NCBI GenBank assembly: GCA_964397415.1
Contig: CAYNIJ010000001.1
Span: forward strand, 522,345 to 586,344
From: an uncultured Ignavibacteriales bacterium
Lineage (GTDB): Bacteria; Zixibacteria; MSB-5A5; GN15; FEB-12
Direction: 5' to 3'
DNA: 64,000 bases
Shown: positions 47,131-57,404 of the stretch, in pieces
Numbering within the stretch: position 1 is the first letter of the stretch
How the letters are laid out: each line of letters opens with the position of its first letter
The notes under the pieces: generated by a model
Database searches by the model: none
Told to the model about the DNA's origin: nothing
The model's input: only the letters and a program-made list of their open reading frames with translations
Made by a program: the position numbers and the translations under genes

Positions 47131-47348
47131 AGGACCTCCGTGTGTTGTTGGACTGCCCGGAATTGCTATGATATGTTGACCAATTCGATTGCGACGCGAC
47201 TGGAGCTGTCAGCGATAGTATAGGATTCGGATGTGACGAAAAACATAGAGATCGGCGGAGTCGACAACTCCGACCCTAACGTAGCAGATGGCTAATGCGG
47301 TGTCAAGCGAAAAAAGGCTATTCTGGTCTACGACCCAAACATTTCCGG

Positions 47349-47648
47349 TTAGCGTTCGGACTTTTTGCGGCCGAGGATGCCGCCGGTCAGGAAGAGGCCG
47401 GCTCCCAGCACAAATCCGAAATTGTACCAGTTGCCGTTGTTGTGGACCTCGTAGACATTGATGCTGTCCATAAAAAGCGACAGGACGAAGGTGATGGGGG
47501 AGATCAACCCATGCCAGATGCCGATGAGGAAACCTGCGGTTTTGCCGTTACCGGCGGGGATATCCTCGACCGTGTTCGGGCCGGGGGTGCAGGAGGCAAG
47601 AAGAGTCAGAGTAAGTAGGATGACGAAGCAAAGGTTGAGATATCGCAT
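47349..47648 (-). CDS. Small membrane lipoprotein, conserved-hypothetical-like
   Basis: Lipobox LASC; AGFLIGIWHGLI.P..IYE/VYEVHNNGNWYNFGF-type motif. Confidence 0.75.
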   Translation of the reverse strand: MRYLNLCFVILLTLTLLASCTPGPNTVEDIPAGNGKTAGFLIGIWHGLISPITFVLSLFMDSINVYEVHNNGNWYNFGFVLGAGLFLTGGILGRKKSER

Positions 47649-47730
47649 GGTTAATTCCCGTTGAATCCTGTGTGATAAGGGAAAGATAACAGGTTAAGGG
47701 GGAGAGGCAAGAGGAAAGCGGATCGGTTTC

Positions 47731-47753
47731 GGGTCTCGTCTTCGCTCGACCCG
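47731..47753. repeat. REP-like palindrome
   Basis: CGGGTC-TCGTCTTCGCTC-GACCCG hairpin with no T-tract. Confidence 0.35.
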
Positions 47754-47782
47754 ATGGCTGGGGTCTTATCCAATATGCAAGC

Positions 47783-48610
47783 TCATCTATTCATACCCAT
47801 CTTAAAAGACTTGGCTTCGTCTATTCGACGACAGAAAAGCGACGCAGTTACCATATATTCAAAGGCAATTTGTGCGTCATTGTCGTCGGAAATGCCATGG
47901 GACCTTGGGTGTCTTACTCCTTTTAGAAACGCCTTTAATTGTTCCTTGAAACCGATATGCTCATTTCTTTCACTTTGATTGGAGAGATTACTAAACTGCA
48001 AGACTGGCTTTTGCTCACTAAAGACCTTGTCGGCCAAAGATGCTCCATCACCAGTTTCTCCAGTAGTTTGACGCAAATGCTCAAAAACAGCCTTTACCGA
48101 CGTTTCAATTGCTTGAGGATAATGACCATCCACAAAAAGAGGCACGGAAGATTCAAGCACCGCTTTGTGCAAATGGACGCTATAAGCTGCTATAGCGGAT
48201 CCGACGGGGCCACTCTTGCTTATTGGAGCGGACATATCTTCTGGAACTTCAAAGTCTGGTTCAATCGACTCTATTCTGCCTATGACTTGATTCAAAAGGT
48301 CAAGTACAACCCTCATGGATTCGCCTTTGATCTGACAAACGGCTCTCATTGAAACTGACTCGTGCAGAGCATCCCATGGTTGCCCCGTTGCGGGATTCAC
48401 TAATTGCCAACTCCGGTTGAATCGCAACAAGAACGGTCTGAGTCGGCCCAAAGTGCGGGATAAATGCTCTGATTGCTTCTGCAATTCAACATGATTCGTC
48501 ACGGGGTATTTAGGCAAGGGGCTACCCAGAGAACTCAAATAAAGTGATTTATGCTCACTGAGATCATCATAGAACGTCACAACTTCCGAAAGGAGTTGGC
48601 TAGCTTTCAT
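47783..48610 (-). CDS. TIGR02391/Ymh-like HEPN-motif protein, AT-rich
   Basis: LH..V...S..LF.DGHYPQAI..VKAV..LR..TG..GDGASL..VFS, SERNEH.G, RHPRSH (Rx4H). Confidence 0.8.
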   Translation of the reverse strand: MKASQLLSEVVTFYDDLSEHKSLYLSSLGSPLPKYPVTNHVELQKQSEHLSRTLGRLRPFLLRFNRSWQLVNPATGQPWDALHESVSMRAVCQIKGESMRVVLDLLNQVIGRIESIEPDFEVPEDMSAPISKSGPVGSAIAAYSVHLHKAVLESSVPLFVDGHYPQAIETSVKAVFEHLRQTTGETGDGASLADKVFSEQKPVLQFSNLSNQSERNEHIGFKEQLKAFLKGVRHPRSHGISDDNDAQIAFEYMVTASLFCRRIDEAKSFKMGMNR

Positions 48611-48672
48611 AATTGGTAAATACAACTGAAGGGGCAAGCTGATTTGCTCGCCCCTATGGTGGTTTCAGGTTC

Positions 48673-50337
48673 TTACCTAATCTTGAGGAATTCCTTTTTC
48701 ACCGGGCCGGCGGCGATAACTTCCGGCGTGCAGCCATCGCGGAACTTCTTGAAGTTCTCGATGAACTGCGCCGCCAACTGCAGATACTTCTGCTGGTACG
48801 CTTCCGGATCATCCCAGGTTTGGATCGGATTCAGCACCTTGTCGGGCACATTCTCACAGTGCTTCGGGACCTGGAAACCAAAGACCGGATCAGTGTAGAA
48901 TTCGGCGTTGTCGAGTTTCCCATCCAGAGCGGCATTCAACAGCGCTCGAGTGTGGTGGATAGACATACGCTTACCGATACCGTACACTCCGCCCGTCCAG
49001 CCGGTATTGACCAGCCAGCACTGAGCGCCATACTTGAGCATCTTGCGGCGAAGAAGATCGGCGTAGAAGAACGGATGATGCACCATAAACGGCGCGCCAA
49101 AGCAGGCAGAGAAAGTTATCTCCGGTTCCTTGCCGAGGTCAATTTCAGTCCCCGACACTTTGGCGGTGTAGCCTGAGATAAAGTGATACATCGCCTGTTC
49201 CGGCGTCAGCCGGGCGAGCGGAGGCATCACTCCCGAGGCATCGCAGGTCAGCATCAGAACGTTCTTCGGATGTCCGGCCATCTTCTCCGGAACGGAATTG
49301 GTAATAAACGAGAGCGGATAAGCGGCGCGGGTGTTTTCGGTTCGCTCCATATCATCCAGGTCAAGCATACGAGTGACCGGGTCGTAGATGACGTTCTCGA
49401 GCACGGTCCCGAACTTGCGTGTGCAGGCGTAAATCTCCGGCTCGGCAGTCGGGGAGAGGTTGATGACCTTGGCGTAGCAGCCGTTCTCGAAATTGAAGAC
49501 ACCTTCATCGGACCAGCCATGCTCGTCATCGCCAACCAAAAAGCGGTTCGGATCGGCCGAGAGCGTGGTCTTGCCGGTGCCGGAGAGGCCGAAAAAGAGG
49601 GCGACATCGCCAGTCTTGCCGACGTTGGCGGAGCAGTGCATTGTCATGATCCCCTGCAGCGGCAGGAGGTAATTCAATAACGTGAAGACCGATTTCTTGA
49701 TCTCGCCGCCGTAGCCTGAACCACCGATGATGCAGAGCTTTTGGTCGAAGTTTAGCATGATGAAGGTTCCGGTGTTGGTGCCGTCGATCTCAGGGAGTCC
49801 CTGGAAAGAGGGAATTGAGATCACCGTGAAGTCTGGTACGAACTTGCGCAGTTCTTCGTTGGTGGTTGCCTGGATAAACATATTCTTGGCGAAAATGGAG
49901 TGCCAGGCATACTCGGTGATGACACGGACGGGGAGTCGATAGTTCGGGTCGGCGCCACCGTAGCAGTCCTGCACGAAAAGGTCGCGCCCCTGGAGGAATC
50001 CCTGGAGACGCTGGAAGACCATGTTGAACTTATCTTCGGCGATAGGGCGGTTGTACTGCCCCCACCAGATGTTTTCTTCGGTGGTCGCTTCCTTGACGAT
50101 GAACTTGTCATTGGCGGCGCGGGCAGTGTGCTTGCCGGTGTCGACAATGATGGGGCCGTGGGCGGATATCTTTCCTTCGCCACGGAAGATGGATTCTTCG
50201 TAGAGGGCCGCTATTGGGAGGTTCCAGAAGACCGTTCGCAGATTGCGCAGGCCGTGGTTGTCCAGACCGTAGTCCGGTTTGAGCGCGGCGGCCTGTTTTT
50301 GCGCCGGGGTTTTTATGTCAATGATGTAATGGTTCAT
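48673..50337 (-). CDS. pckA: Phosphoenolpyruvate carboxykinase (ATP)
   Basis: YGGEIKKS, MHCSAN, FFGLSGTGKTTLSAD, GDDEHGW, FNFENGCYAK, NTR, NTGW. Confidence 0.97.
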   Translation of the reverse strand: MNHYIIDIKTPAQKQAAALKPDYGLDNHGLRNLRTVFWNLPIAALYEESIFRGEGKISAHGPIIVDTGKHTARAANDKFIVKEATTEENIWWGQYNRPIAEDKFNMVFQRLQGFLQGRDLFVQDCYGGADPNYRLPVRVITEYAWHSIFAKNMFIQATTNEELRKFVPDFTVISIPSFQGLPEIDGTNTGTFIMLNFDQKLCIIGGSGYGGEIKKSVFTLLNYLLPLQGIMTMHCSANVGKTGDVALFFGLSGTGKTTLSADPNRFLVGDDEHGWSDEGVFNFENGCYAKVINLSPTAEPEIYACTRKFGTVLENVIYDPVTRMLDLDDMERTENTRAAYPLSFITNSVPEKMAGHPKNVLMLTCDASGVMPPLARLTPEQAMYHFISGYTAKVSGTEIDLGKEPEITFSACFGAPFMVHHPFFYADLLRRKMLKYGAQCWLVNTGWTGGVYGIGKRMSIHHTRALLNAALDGKLDNAEFYTDPVFGFQVPKHCENVPDKVLNPIQTWDDPEAYQQKYLQLAAQFIENFKKFRDGCTPEVIAAGPVKKEFLKIR

Positions 50338-51551
50338 TTCCAGTCTCTCCTCAATTTGCGGTCTCCAATGTAGATCTCATTGGGGGATTCCGGGTCGAGC
50401 GCCCATTTGATACGAGCGATACCTTCCATGATCTCCTTGATCGTCCCGCAGTAGCTCAAGCGAAGGTGACCTTCGACGCCGAACTCCTTGCCGGGGACGG
50501 TGACGACCAGCGCTTTTTCAAGCAGGAACTGGGAGAGTTTGACCGAGTCCTGACTGTAGGCTCGGAAATCCGGGAGGCAATAGAAGGTACCATCGGGCTC
50601 ATTTATGCGAATGCCGGTGAAGGCGCGCAGTTCGTTCATCATCACATCTTTGTTGTTCTTGAGCGTCTGACGCAGGGATTCAATCGAGCTCTGCACGCCG
50701 TTCAACGCGCCAGCCGCGGCGGCTTGGAGGAGAACCGCCGGACAGGACATATTTTGCGCCTGAACGTTGATCATCGCGGCAGTGATCTTCTTATTGGCGA
50801 CAGTCCAACCGATGCGGAATCCGGTCATAGCATACGCTTTGGAGACACCGTTTAGGATGATCAGCTTTGACGATTCGGTGTCATCCTTGGCGTACTTATA
50901 GGCGGAGACCCAGGGGGTCTTGCCGAAAGTCAGCCGGTGGTAGATATCATCCATGATGAGGTAGATACCTTTCTTCTCACAGTACTCTACCATCTGCTGG
51001 ATGAACTCGGGAGGATAGATCACACCGGACGGGTTGTTCGGGCTGTTGATGACGATCGCCTTCGTGTAGGAGCCGACGACTTCTTCGACATCATCGAACT
51101 CTATCTGGAAGGTATGGTCTTTCGGCTTCACAATAACCGGTTTGCCGTAGACCATCTTGACTATCTCGGGGTAGCTGACCCAGTACGGAGCGAGGATGAC
51201 TACCTCGTCCTGCGGATTCACGAGAGTCATCATCAGGTTGTAGAACGAGTGCTTGGCGCCGTTCGAGACAATGATATTATCCGTGCTGACCAGCTTGCCG
51301 TACTGCTCTTCGGTATAGCGGACGATCGCCTTGAGGAGCGGCGAAATGCCTTCAGTCGGCGTATATCTAATGTCCGCAGTATTCAATTTGGCGGCACAGG
51401 CGATGATGGCATCGAGCGGCACCTTGCTTTTCGGTTCACCGGCTCCGAGATGAATGACGGCCTCGCCTTTGTCGCGAAGTTTGGCGGCCGCTTCATTCAA
51501 CTTGAGCGTCGGCGACTCGTGGATCTCCTTGGCTAACTGACTAATACTCAT
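50334..51551 (-). CDS. aspC: Class I PLP aminotransferase (aspartate aminotransferase-like)
   Basis: GEP, APYWVSY, NSPNNPSG, DDIY, SKAYAMTGFRIG. Confidence 0.88.
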   Translation of the reverse strand: MSISQLAKEIHESPTLKLNEAAAKLRDKGEAVIHLGAGEPKSKVPLDAIIACAAKLNTADIRYTPTEGISPLLKAIVRYTEEQYGKLVSTDNIIVSNGAKHSFYNLMMTLVNPQDEVVILAPYWVSYPEIVKMVYGKPVIVKPKDHTFQIEFDDVEEVVGSYTKAIVINSPNNPSGVIYPPEFIQQMVEYCEKKGIYLIMDDIYHRLTFGKTPWVSAYKYAKDDTESSKLIILNGVSKAYAMTGFRIGWTVANKKITAAMINVQAQNMSCPAVLLQAAAAGALNGVQSSIESLRQTLKNNKDVMMNELRAFTGIRINEPDGTFYCLPDFRAYSQDSVKLSQFLLEKALVVTVPGKEFGVEGHLRLSYCGTIKEIMEGIARIKWALDPESPNEIYIGDRKLRRDWK

Positions 51552-51556
51552 ATCAA

Positions 51557-52546
51557 CTACCCTCTCATCAGAGTGGCTATGGCCGAAACATCAACTATAT
51601 CGTCCACCGAACAACCGCGGGAGAGATCATTGGCGGGTTTATCCAACCCTTGAATGATCGGCCCGGTCGCGGTCGCGCCGGCGAGACGTTGGGTCAATTT
51701 ATATCCAATATTACCTGCGTCGAGATCAGGGAAAATGAGACAGTTGGCATCACCGGCAATGGCGGAGCCGGGAGCTTTTGACTTGGCGACCTCGGGGATG
51801 ATGGCGGCATCGAGCTGGAATTCACCATCAACCTTGAGATTCGGGAAATCCCGTTTGAGGATCGCCAGAGCGGCCAGCACTTTGTCGACATCGTCATGCT
51901 TGGCCGAGCCTTTGGTGGAGAAGGAGAGCATCGCCACACGCGGTTCTTCGCCAACGAGGTTGCGCATCGTTTCAGCGGTCGAGACGGCGATAGAGGCGAG
52001 TTGTTCGGCGGTCGGATTGGGGACAACCGCGCAATCGCCAAACATGAAAACCTTATTCTCGACATTGCGGAATTTCGGGATCGTCATTATGAAGGAACTG
52101 GAGACGGTTGTGATTCCCGGCTTGAGGCCAACACAATGAATGGCGGCGCGGAGGACATCGCCGGTCGTATTGATTGAACCGGCGACAGAAGCATCGGCCA
52201 TATCATGGCGTACCAGCATGGCGCCATAGTAGAGAGGAGTGGTCAGCGCCTTTTTGGCGTCATCTTCGGTCATCTTGCCTTTGCGGATAGCGACAAGTTC
52301 CTTTACGAACTCGGCGTACATCTTGCCGGTCGTAGGGTTGATGATCTCAACTCCGTTCAAACTGACGGAATGTTCTTTGGCCAGGCCTTCGATGATGTTT
52401 TCATCGCCGAGCAGGGTGACTTTGCAGATTCCCTGTTCGATGATCTTCTGGGTCGCCTTAATAACTCTCGGTTCGGTCCCTTCGGGAAGGACAACGCGAC
52501 GACCTTTGGCCTTCGCCTTTTCTTTTATCTGCGCAACAACGCTCAT
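51557..52546 (-). CDS. pta: Phosphate acetyltransferase (short form)
   Basis: VLPEG, DCAV.PNP, AMLSFSTKGSA, DGEFQLDAA, FPDLDAGNIGYK, NDLSRGC. Confidence 0.95.
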   Translation of the reverse strand: MSVVAQIKEKAKAKGRRVVLPEGTEPRVIKATQKIIEQGICKVTLLGDENIIEGLAKEHSVSLNGVEIINPTTGKMYAEFVKELVAIRKGKMTEDDAKKALTTPLYYGAMLVRHDMADASVAGSINTTGDVLRAAIHCVGLKPGITTVSSSFIMTIPKFRNVENKVFMFGDCAVVPNPTAEQLASIAVSTAETMRNLVGEEPRVAMLSFSTKGSAKHDDVDKVLAALAILKRDFPNLKVDGEFQLDAAIIPEVAKSKAPGSAIAGDANCLIFPDLDAGNIGYKLTQRLAGATATGPIIQGLDKPANDLSRGCSVDDIVDVSAIATLMRG

Positions 52547-52580
52547 CTCTATCTCCCGCCGCCCGGATGCGGCTTGATTA

Positions 52581-53691
52581 TTACGATACGATCTGATCTT
52601 TCAAGTCTGGATCGGAAAGGTAGGCGGCGATAAAGGGGTCGATATCGCCATCCATCACTGCCTGTATATTGGAGGTCTCGTGGGAGGTCCGATGATCCTT
52701 CACCAGATTGTACGGGTGGAAGACATAGGATCTGATTTGCGAACCCCACTCGATCTTCTTCTTGGACTTTTCGAATTTCTCCATCTTCTTGGCTTCTTCT
52801 TCGCGCTTTAATTGATAGAGGCGGGCGCGAAGGACCATGAAGGCGGCTTCTTTATTTTTGTGCTGGCTCCGTTCGGTCTGGCAGGTTACCACAATCCCTG
52901 ACGGATTGTGGGTTATACGAATGGCCGATGAAGTTTTATTCACGTGCTGGCCGCCTGCGCCGGAGGAGCGATAGGTGTCGATACGAATATCTTCGTCTTT
53001 GATCTCGATATCTACTGCGTCCTCGATGACCGGATAGACGTGCACAGAGACAAAGGAGGTATGGCGGCGGGCATTGGCATCAAAAGGGGAGATGCGAACC
53101 AACCGGTGAACGCCGGACTCGGCTTTCAGGAATCCGTAGACGTATTCGCCCTTGACCTCGAGGGTGACTGATTTCAGGCCGGCTTCTTCGCCGGGCTGAT
53201 AGTCGATCAGTTCAGAGGTATAGCCCTTGCGTTCGCCCCAACGTCCATACATGCGGAAAAGCATTTCTGCCCAGTCCTGGGACTCAGTTCCTCCGGCTCC
53301 GGGGTGGATGGTAAGAATGGCGTCACGGTGGTCATCGGGCCCCGAAAGCAGGGTCTTGAACTCAAAAGCGTCGACCTCTTCGATCAATTTGGTGATTGAC
53401 ACTTCAAGGTCGTGGGCATCGGATGAGCCCTCGCTGACCATTTCACTGAAATCGCGCAGGTCATTGAGTTCAGCGATCAATTTGGAGTGGGAATCCAGCC
53501 ACCGTTTGTGCATGGAGATCTCTTTGAGGACTCCCTGGGCGGTCTGGTTATCGTTCCAGAAGCTGGGTTGGGTAGTTTTTTCTTCAAGTTCGACGATCCG
53601 CTTTTTGCGGCCGTCGAGGTCAAAGATACCTCGCAAGCTTGTCCAGGCGGGACAGTAGATCCGGCAACTTTGTCTTAAACTCAGCAATCAT
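52581..53691 (-). CDS. prfB: Peptide chain release factor 2 (programmed +1 frameshift)
   Basis: ATG 53691 MIAEFKTKLPDLLSRLDKLARYL, then CTT-TGA-C, continuing +1 as DLDGRKKR; SPF and GGQ motifs. Confidence 0.97.
53619..53634 (-). other. prfB frameshift cassette
   Basis: GCGAGG-TAT-CTT-TGA-C on the minus strand. Confidence 0.95.
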
Positions 53692-53870
53692 ACGTCTTCA
53701 AAACCCTTCCACCTTGAGAAAGAAAGCACAAATATAGTCAGTTTTATGGTTATCGTCAAACAGAATCGGACACTTTTGTAGCGTCAAGATACCCCTATTT
53801 TGTCCCTGAGACAATACAAGTTAGGCGAGTTTAGGGTTGACAGGTTTGGTCTCTATTGTATTTTCGCCTC

Positions 53871-54518
53871 ATGGCTATTCGCATTGAGACAGTTGTGGTT
53901 GGGCCCTTTGAGGTCAACTGCTATGTCGTCTGGGATGAAGTTACCAAAGATGGCGTGATCATTGATCCCGGAGCCGATGCCCCGGACATAATCCGAACTA
54001 TTCAACGGTCCGGCTGTACGCCTCGGGGAATACTCCTGACTCACGGGCATGGGGACCATATAGCCGCGGTCGGGGCGGTTAAGTCGCAGTATGTCATCCC
54101 CTTGTATTGTGGGGATGGGGAGGAGAAGCTGTTGGCCAGTCCATCGGCCAATGTATCAGCCCTCATCGGGGCACCGATTGTCAGCCCGCCACCAGACGGC
54201 AAATTGAAAGACGAAGACCATGTAGCTTTGGGGAGTCTCCAGTTTCTGGTTCTGTCAACGCCCGGGCACACACCCGCCGGAGTCTGTTATCTGCACGAGA
54301 AAGAGGGGGTGCTCTTCTGTGGTGACACCCTTTTCGCAGGGTCCGTCGGAAGGACCGATCTGCCGGGAGGATCCATGGATCGCCTTATTACGTCGATTCG
54401 CACGAAAATCCTGACACTTCCTGACCAGGTGATTTGTTATCCAGGACATGGGCCCCGGACGACTGTTGGCGCCGAGCGGCACAATAACCCGTTTCTGAAT
54501 GGAGACATCTACGCGTGA
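53871..54518 (+). CDS. Metallo-beta-lactamase fold hydrolase (glyoxalase II-like)
   Basis: THGHGDH, TPGHTPAG, GDTLF..SVGRTDLPGG, YPGHG. Confidence 0.93.
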   Translation: MAIRIETVVVGPFEVNCYVVWDEVTKDGVIIDPGADAPDIIRTIQRSGCTPRGILLTHGHGDHIAAVGAVKSQYVIPLYCGDGEEKLLASPSANVSALIGAPIVSPPPDGKLKDEDHVALGSLQFLVLSTPGHTPAGVCYLHEKEGVLFCGDTLFAGSVGRTDLPGGSMDRLITSIRTKILTLPDQVICYPGHGPRTTVGAERHNNPFLNGDIYA

Positions 54519-55360
54519 AGAAGAGAATCGAACCGTTACACATAGACGGGCTGTCAGATTTTCATGTCCATTGTGATTATTCAATTGATGCTTCGGGGAC
54601 GATAGAAGAATACTGCGAGGCCGCGCTTGAGCGGGAACTTGCGGAGATCTGCTTCACGACGCACTTTGACTCGAACCCCAAGTCAGACGGGTTTGCGAAC
54701 TACATTCGCATCAAAGGGGAGAAGAAGCCGGCGACGCCGGAGAATCTGGCGCCATATGTTAACGATGTGCTGGCGGCGCAGGAGAAGTATTATCCACTCG
54801 GTTTGTCGGTCAAACTGGGACTCGAATTCGGATGGTACCATGGCTGCGAGGAAAAAGTACAACGGATCAAAGAGTGGTATGATTTTGACTACCTGATGGT
54901 CGGAGTACACGAGATCAAGGATATCTGTTTCTGCGCGGCGTCCACGTTTGAGCAATGCTTCTCGAAACTTCGGATGGAAGAGGCCGTCGAAGATTATTAC
55001 AGGCAGGTTTGCGCGGCGGCGCGATCAGGTCTTTTCGCGACAATTGCCCATCTGGATTACTACCGCAAATACGGCGAGCAGTTTTATGGCGCTGAAATAC
55101 ACCGCGCCCACTTGCCTTACATGGAAGAGGTCTTTGGGGCCCTTAAAGAAAGTGGGACCGCACTCGAGATCAACACCGCGGCTCGGCGCAAAGGACTGGA
55201 CAGCTACTTCCCGTCCATGGAAATGATCAATAGCGCCAAACGCGCGGGGGTGGATATTCTGTACCTTGGTTCGGATGCCCACGCGCCGGAGCAGGTCGGA
55301 TACGATTTCGAGACAGCGGCGCATCTTATCCCCCAGCAAATAGGTGGTTGCGACGACTGA
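54515..55360 (+). CDS. PHP-family histidinol-phosphatase-like protein
   Basis: DFHVHCDYS.DA, TTH, AHLD, LEINT, GSDAH. Confidence 0.85.
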   Translation: MKKRIEPLHIDGLSDFHVHCDYSIDASGTIEEYCEAALERELAEICFTTHFDSNPKSDGFANYIRIKGEKKPATPENLAPYVNDVLAAQEKYYPLGLSVKLGLEFGWYHGCEEKVQRIKEWYDFDYLMVGVHEIKDICFCAASTFEQCFSKLRMEEAVEDYYRQVCAAARSGLFATIAHLDYYRKYGEQFYGAEIHRAHLPYMEEVFGALKESGTALEINTAARRKGLDSYFPSMEMINSAKRAGVDILYLGSDAHAPEQVGYDFETAAHLIPQQIGGCDD

Positions 55361-55364
55361 TCCC

Positions 55365-55973
55365 ATGCCTGGCAGGGTGAAGCGAGCGAGACGGTTGACC
55401 CGGTCGTTTTTTGCGCGACCGACCCTCGTAGTCTGCCGCGACATACTTGGAATGTATCTGGTCTATCGCACAGCGCGGGGAAGAGTGGCTGGAAGGATCG
55501 TCGAAGTGGAGGCGTATATCGGCGAGGATGATCCCGCCTGTCATGCCGCGCCGGGGAAAACCGGTCGCTCAATCTATCTCTATGCCAAGCCGGGGATCGC
55601 TTATATTTATCTCATCTATGGGTTCTATTTCTGCCTGAATTTCGTGACGGAGCATGAGGGGTTTCCAGCGGCGGTGTTGATAAGAGCGATGGAGCCGACA
55701 GAGGGGATTGACCTGATGAAGGCGAATACCCCGGGGAAGTTGCCTGACCACAAATTGGCCTCCGGTCCAGGAAGGCTTTGCAGAGCGTTCGGACTTTCGG
55801 TCAATCAGAATGGATGGGATGTGGCGGATCGGGATTCAATACTGTACCTTGAGGATCACCATGAGGCGCCGATCAAGGCGGAGAGATCCCCACGAATCGG
55901 CATAACCAAAGGAACGGACAAGCTCTGGCGGTTTTACGACCCAAATTCAAAGGCTGTATCTGGAACGAGATGA
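55365..55973 (+). CDS. mpg: DNA-3-methyladenine glycosylase (MPG/AAG)
   Basis: GRIVEVEAY..DPACHA, AYIYLIYG..CLN, AVLIRA.EP, GPGRLC, PRIGI. Confidence 0.93.
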   Translation: MPGRVKRARRLTRSFFARPTLVVCRDILGMYLVYRTARGRVAGRIVEVEAYIGEDDPACHAAPGKTGRSIYLYAKPGIAYIYLIYGFYFCLNFVTEHEGFPAAVLIRAMEPTEGIDLMKANTPGKLPDHKLASGPGRLCRAFGLSVNQNGWDVADRDSILYLEDHHEAPIKAERSPRIGITKGTDKLWRFYDPNSKAVSGTR

Positions 55974-56014
55974 CGACGTATAAGGGGAGAGGCTGACAAG
56001 AAAGACAACACGGA

Positions 56015-56644
56015 ATGTTTGGACCTGATTTCTTACAAAAACTCGCGATAGGGCTACCGATCCTCTTACTTTCGTTGACGGTGCATGAGTTCTTCCATGC
56101 CTGGACGGCGAAGAAGTTCGGGGATGATACTGCCGAGCGAATGGGGCGGCTGACGCTAAATCCGATCGCGCATATCGACCTGATCGGACTAATAGTCATG
56201 GTTGCTTCACAGTTCAGATTCGGCTGGGCGAAGCCGGTGCCGGTGAACCCAATGAATCTTCGGAATCCGCGAGTGGCTGATATCTGGATAAGCGCGGCCG
56301 GGCCGATCTCGAACTTTGGTCTGGCACTGATTGCCGGAATTATCTTCAGAGTGATGGCAGCGGGGACGGCTGGATTCCAGAATCTTCCCGACGCGGTGCC
56401 AATGATGCTCTCTTATGCGGTCTGGATCAACGTCAGTCTGGCGTTCTTCAATCTGATCCCGCTTTTTCCTCTCGACGGTTCACATATCCTGCGTAATCTG
56501 TTGCCGGCTCGGTACGATGAAACGATGGATCGGTTTGAGTCTGTCGCGCCTTTCGTCCTGCTTGGATTGGTGATATTTGGCATGGTTTGGGTGATCATCG
56601 GACCGGCAGTCACATTTGTCGCACCTCTGTTTTTGGGGGCATGA
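56015..56644 (+). CDS. Site-2 protease (M50)
   Basis: HEFFH, GRLTLNP..HID, GWAKPVP, AGPISN, FNLIPLFPLDG. Confidence 0.93.
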   Translation: MFGPDFLQKLAIGLPILLLSLTVHEFFHAWTAKKFGDDTAERMGRLTLNPIAHIDLIGLIVMVASQFRFGWAKPVPVNPMNLRNPRVADIWISAAGPISNFGLALIAGIIFRVMAAGTAGFQNLPDAVPMMLSYAVWINVSLAFFNLIPLFPLDGSHILRNLLPARYDETMDRFESVAPFVLLGLVIFGMVWVIIGPAVTFVAPLFLGA

Positions 56645-56654
56645 TACGGTCAAT

Positions 56655-57326
56655 TTGAAACGCCATGTAGCTATCGCATTCATACCACTGATCATGACGA
56701 TGGTCATAGTGCTTCTTGCTTGCTCAAGACCGCCTCGCACACAAAGCGAGTCCAATCAATCTGGCAAGGTGAAGGCGTTTCTCTTTGATGCCGAGCTTCG
56801 TCGAGCGGGGAAGCCAACATCGTTCCGCCTCGAGATATTCCATACTGATAGTGTCATGGCGTTGTCCGGGCGAGGATATCTCGGGAAGGGGGCATTGCGC
56901 GGGCGAGCGACCGCCGATTCACTCATATGCTATTTCCCATCCACCAATGAGTATGTGCAGGAGCCGGTGCTTAACTTGATGCACGCATTAGAGTGCCAAG
57001 TCGCGCCGCAGGGGATCAATCTGGTGGAATTGCTAGATCGGATGCCGGACTCTGTCGCGCTGGATTCAACGATCAAGGTAGTCGCGAACTACCAGGAGCT
57101 CAATCGCCCTCGGTTCATTATCTATATTGAGAATTGTCCCTGGCAGATGGAGCTCGCGTATCGGTCCGAGGCGATCGGCCAGTGGCGATTGGACGAGTTT
57201 TTCTTTTTCGACGGCAAGGAGACACGCCTTAAAGCGACCTGCCGTGAATATAAATCCGCTGTCACTCTCAAGCCGGACCGCTTCCAGGTTCGGATCCCTG
57301 CTGATGCTCTGCGGATAACTCCCTGA
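56655..57326 (+). CDS. Hypothetical lipoprotein
   Basis: TTG start, hydrophobic signal ending LLAC; open frame fills the gap. Confidence 0.6.
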   Translation: MKRHVAIAFIPLIMTMVIVLLACSRPPRTQSESNQSGKVKAFLFDAELRRAGKPTSFRLEIFHTDSVMALSGRGYLGKGALRGRATADSLICYFPSTNEYVQEPVLNLMHALECQVAPQGINLVELLDRMPDSVALDSTIKVVANYQELNRPRFIIYIENCPWQMELAYRSEAIGQWRLDEFFFFDGKETRLKATCREYKSAVTLKPDRFQVRIPADALRITP

Positions 57327-57404
57327 GCTGCCTTGATTTTCCCCTCGTTGACAAACCGCTCGTAATTGGCGATGTTGCTGGATTGAACCGACTTACCTGA
57401 GGCA

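Noticed and set aside
47731-48655. Integron cassette or IS boundaries around the TIGR02391-like gene
   Set aside because: No attC core sites, terminal inverted repeats or target-site duplication seen
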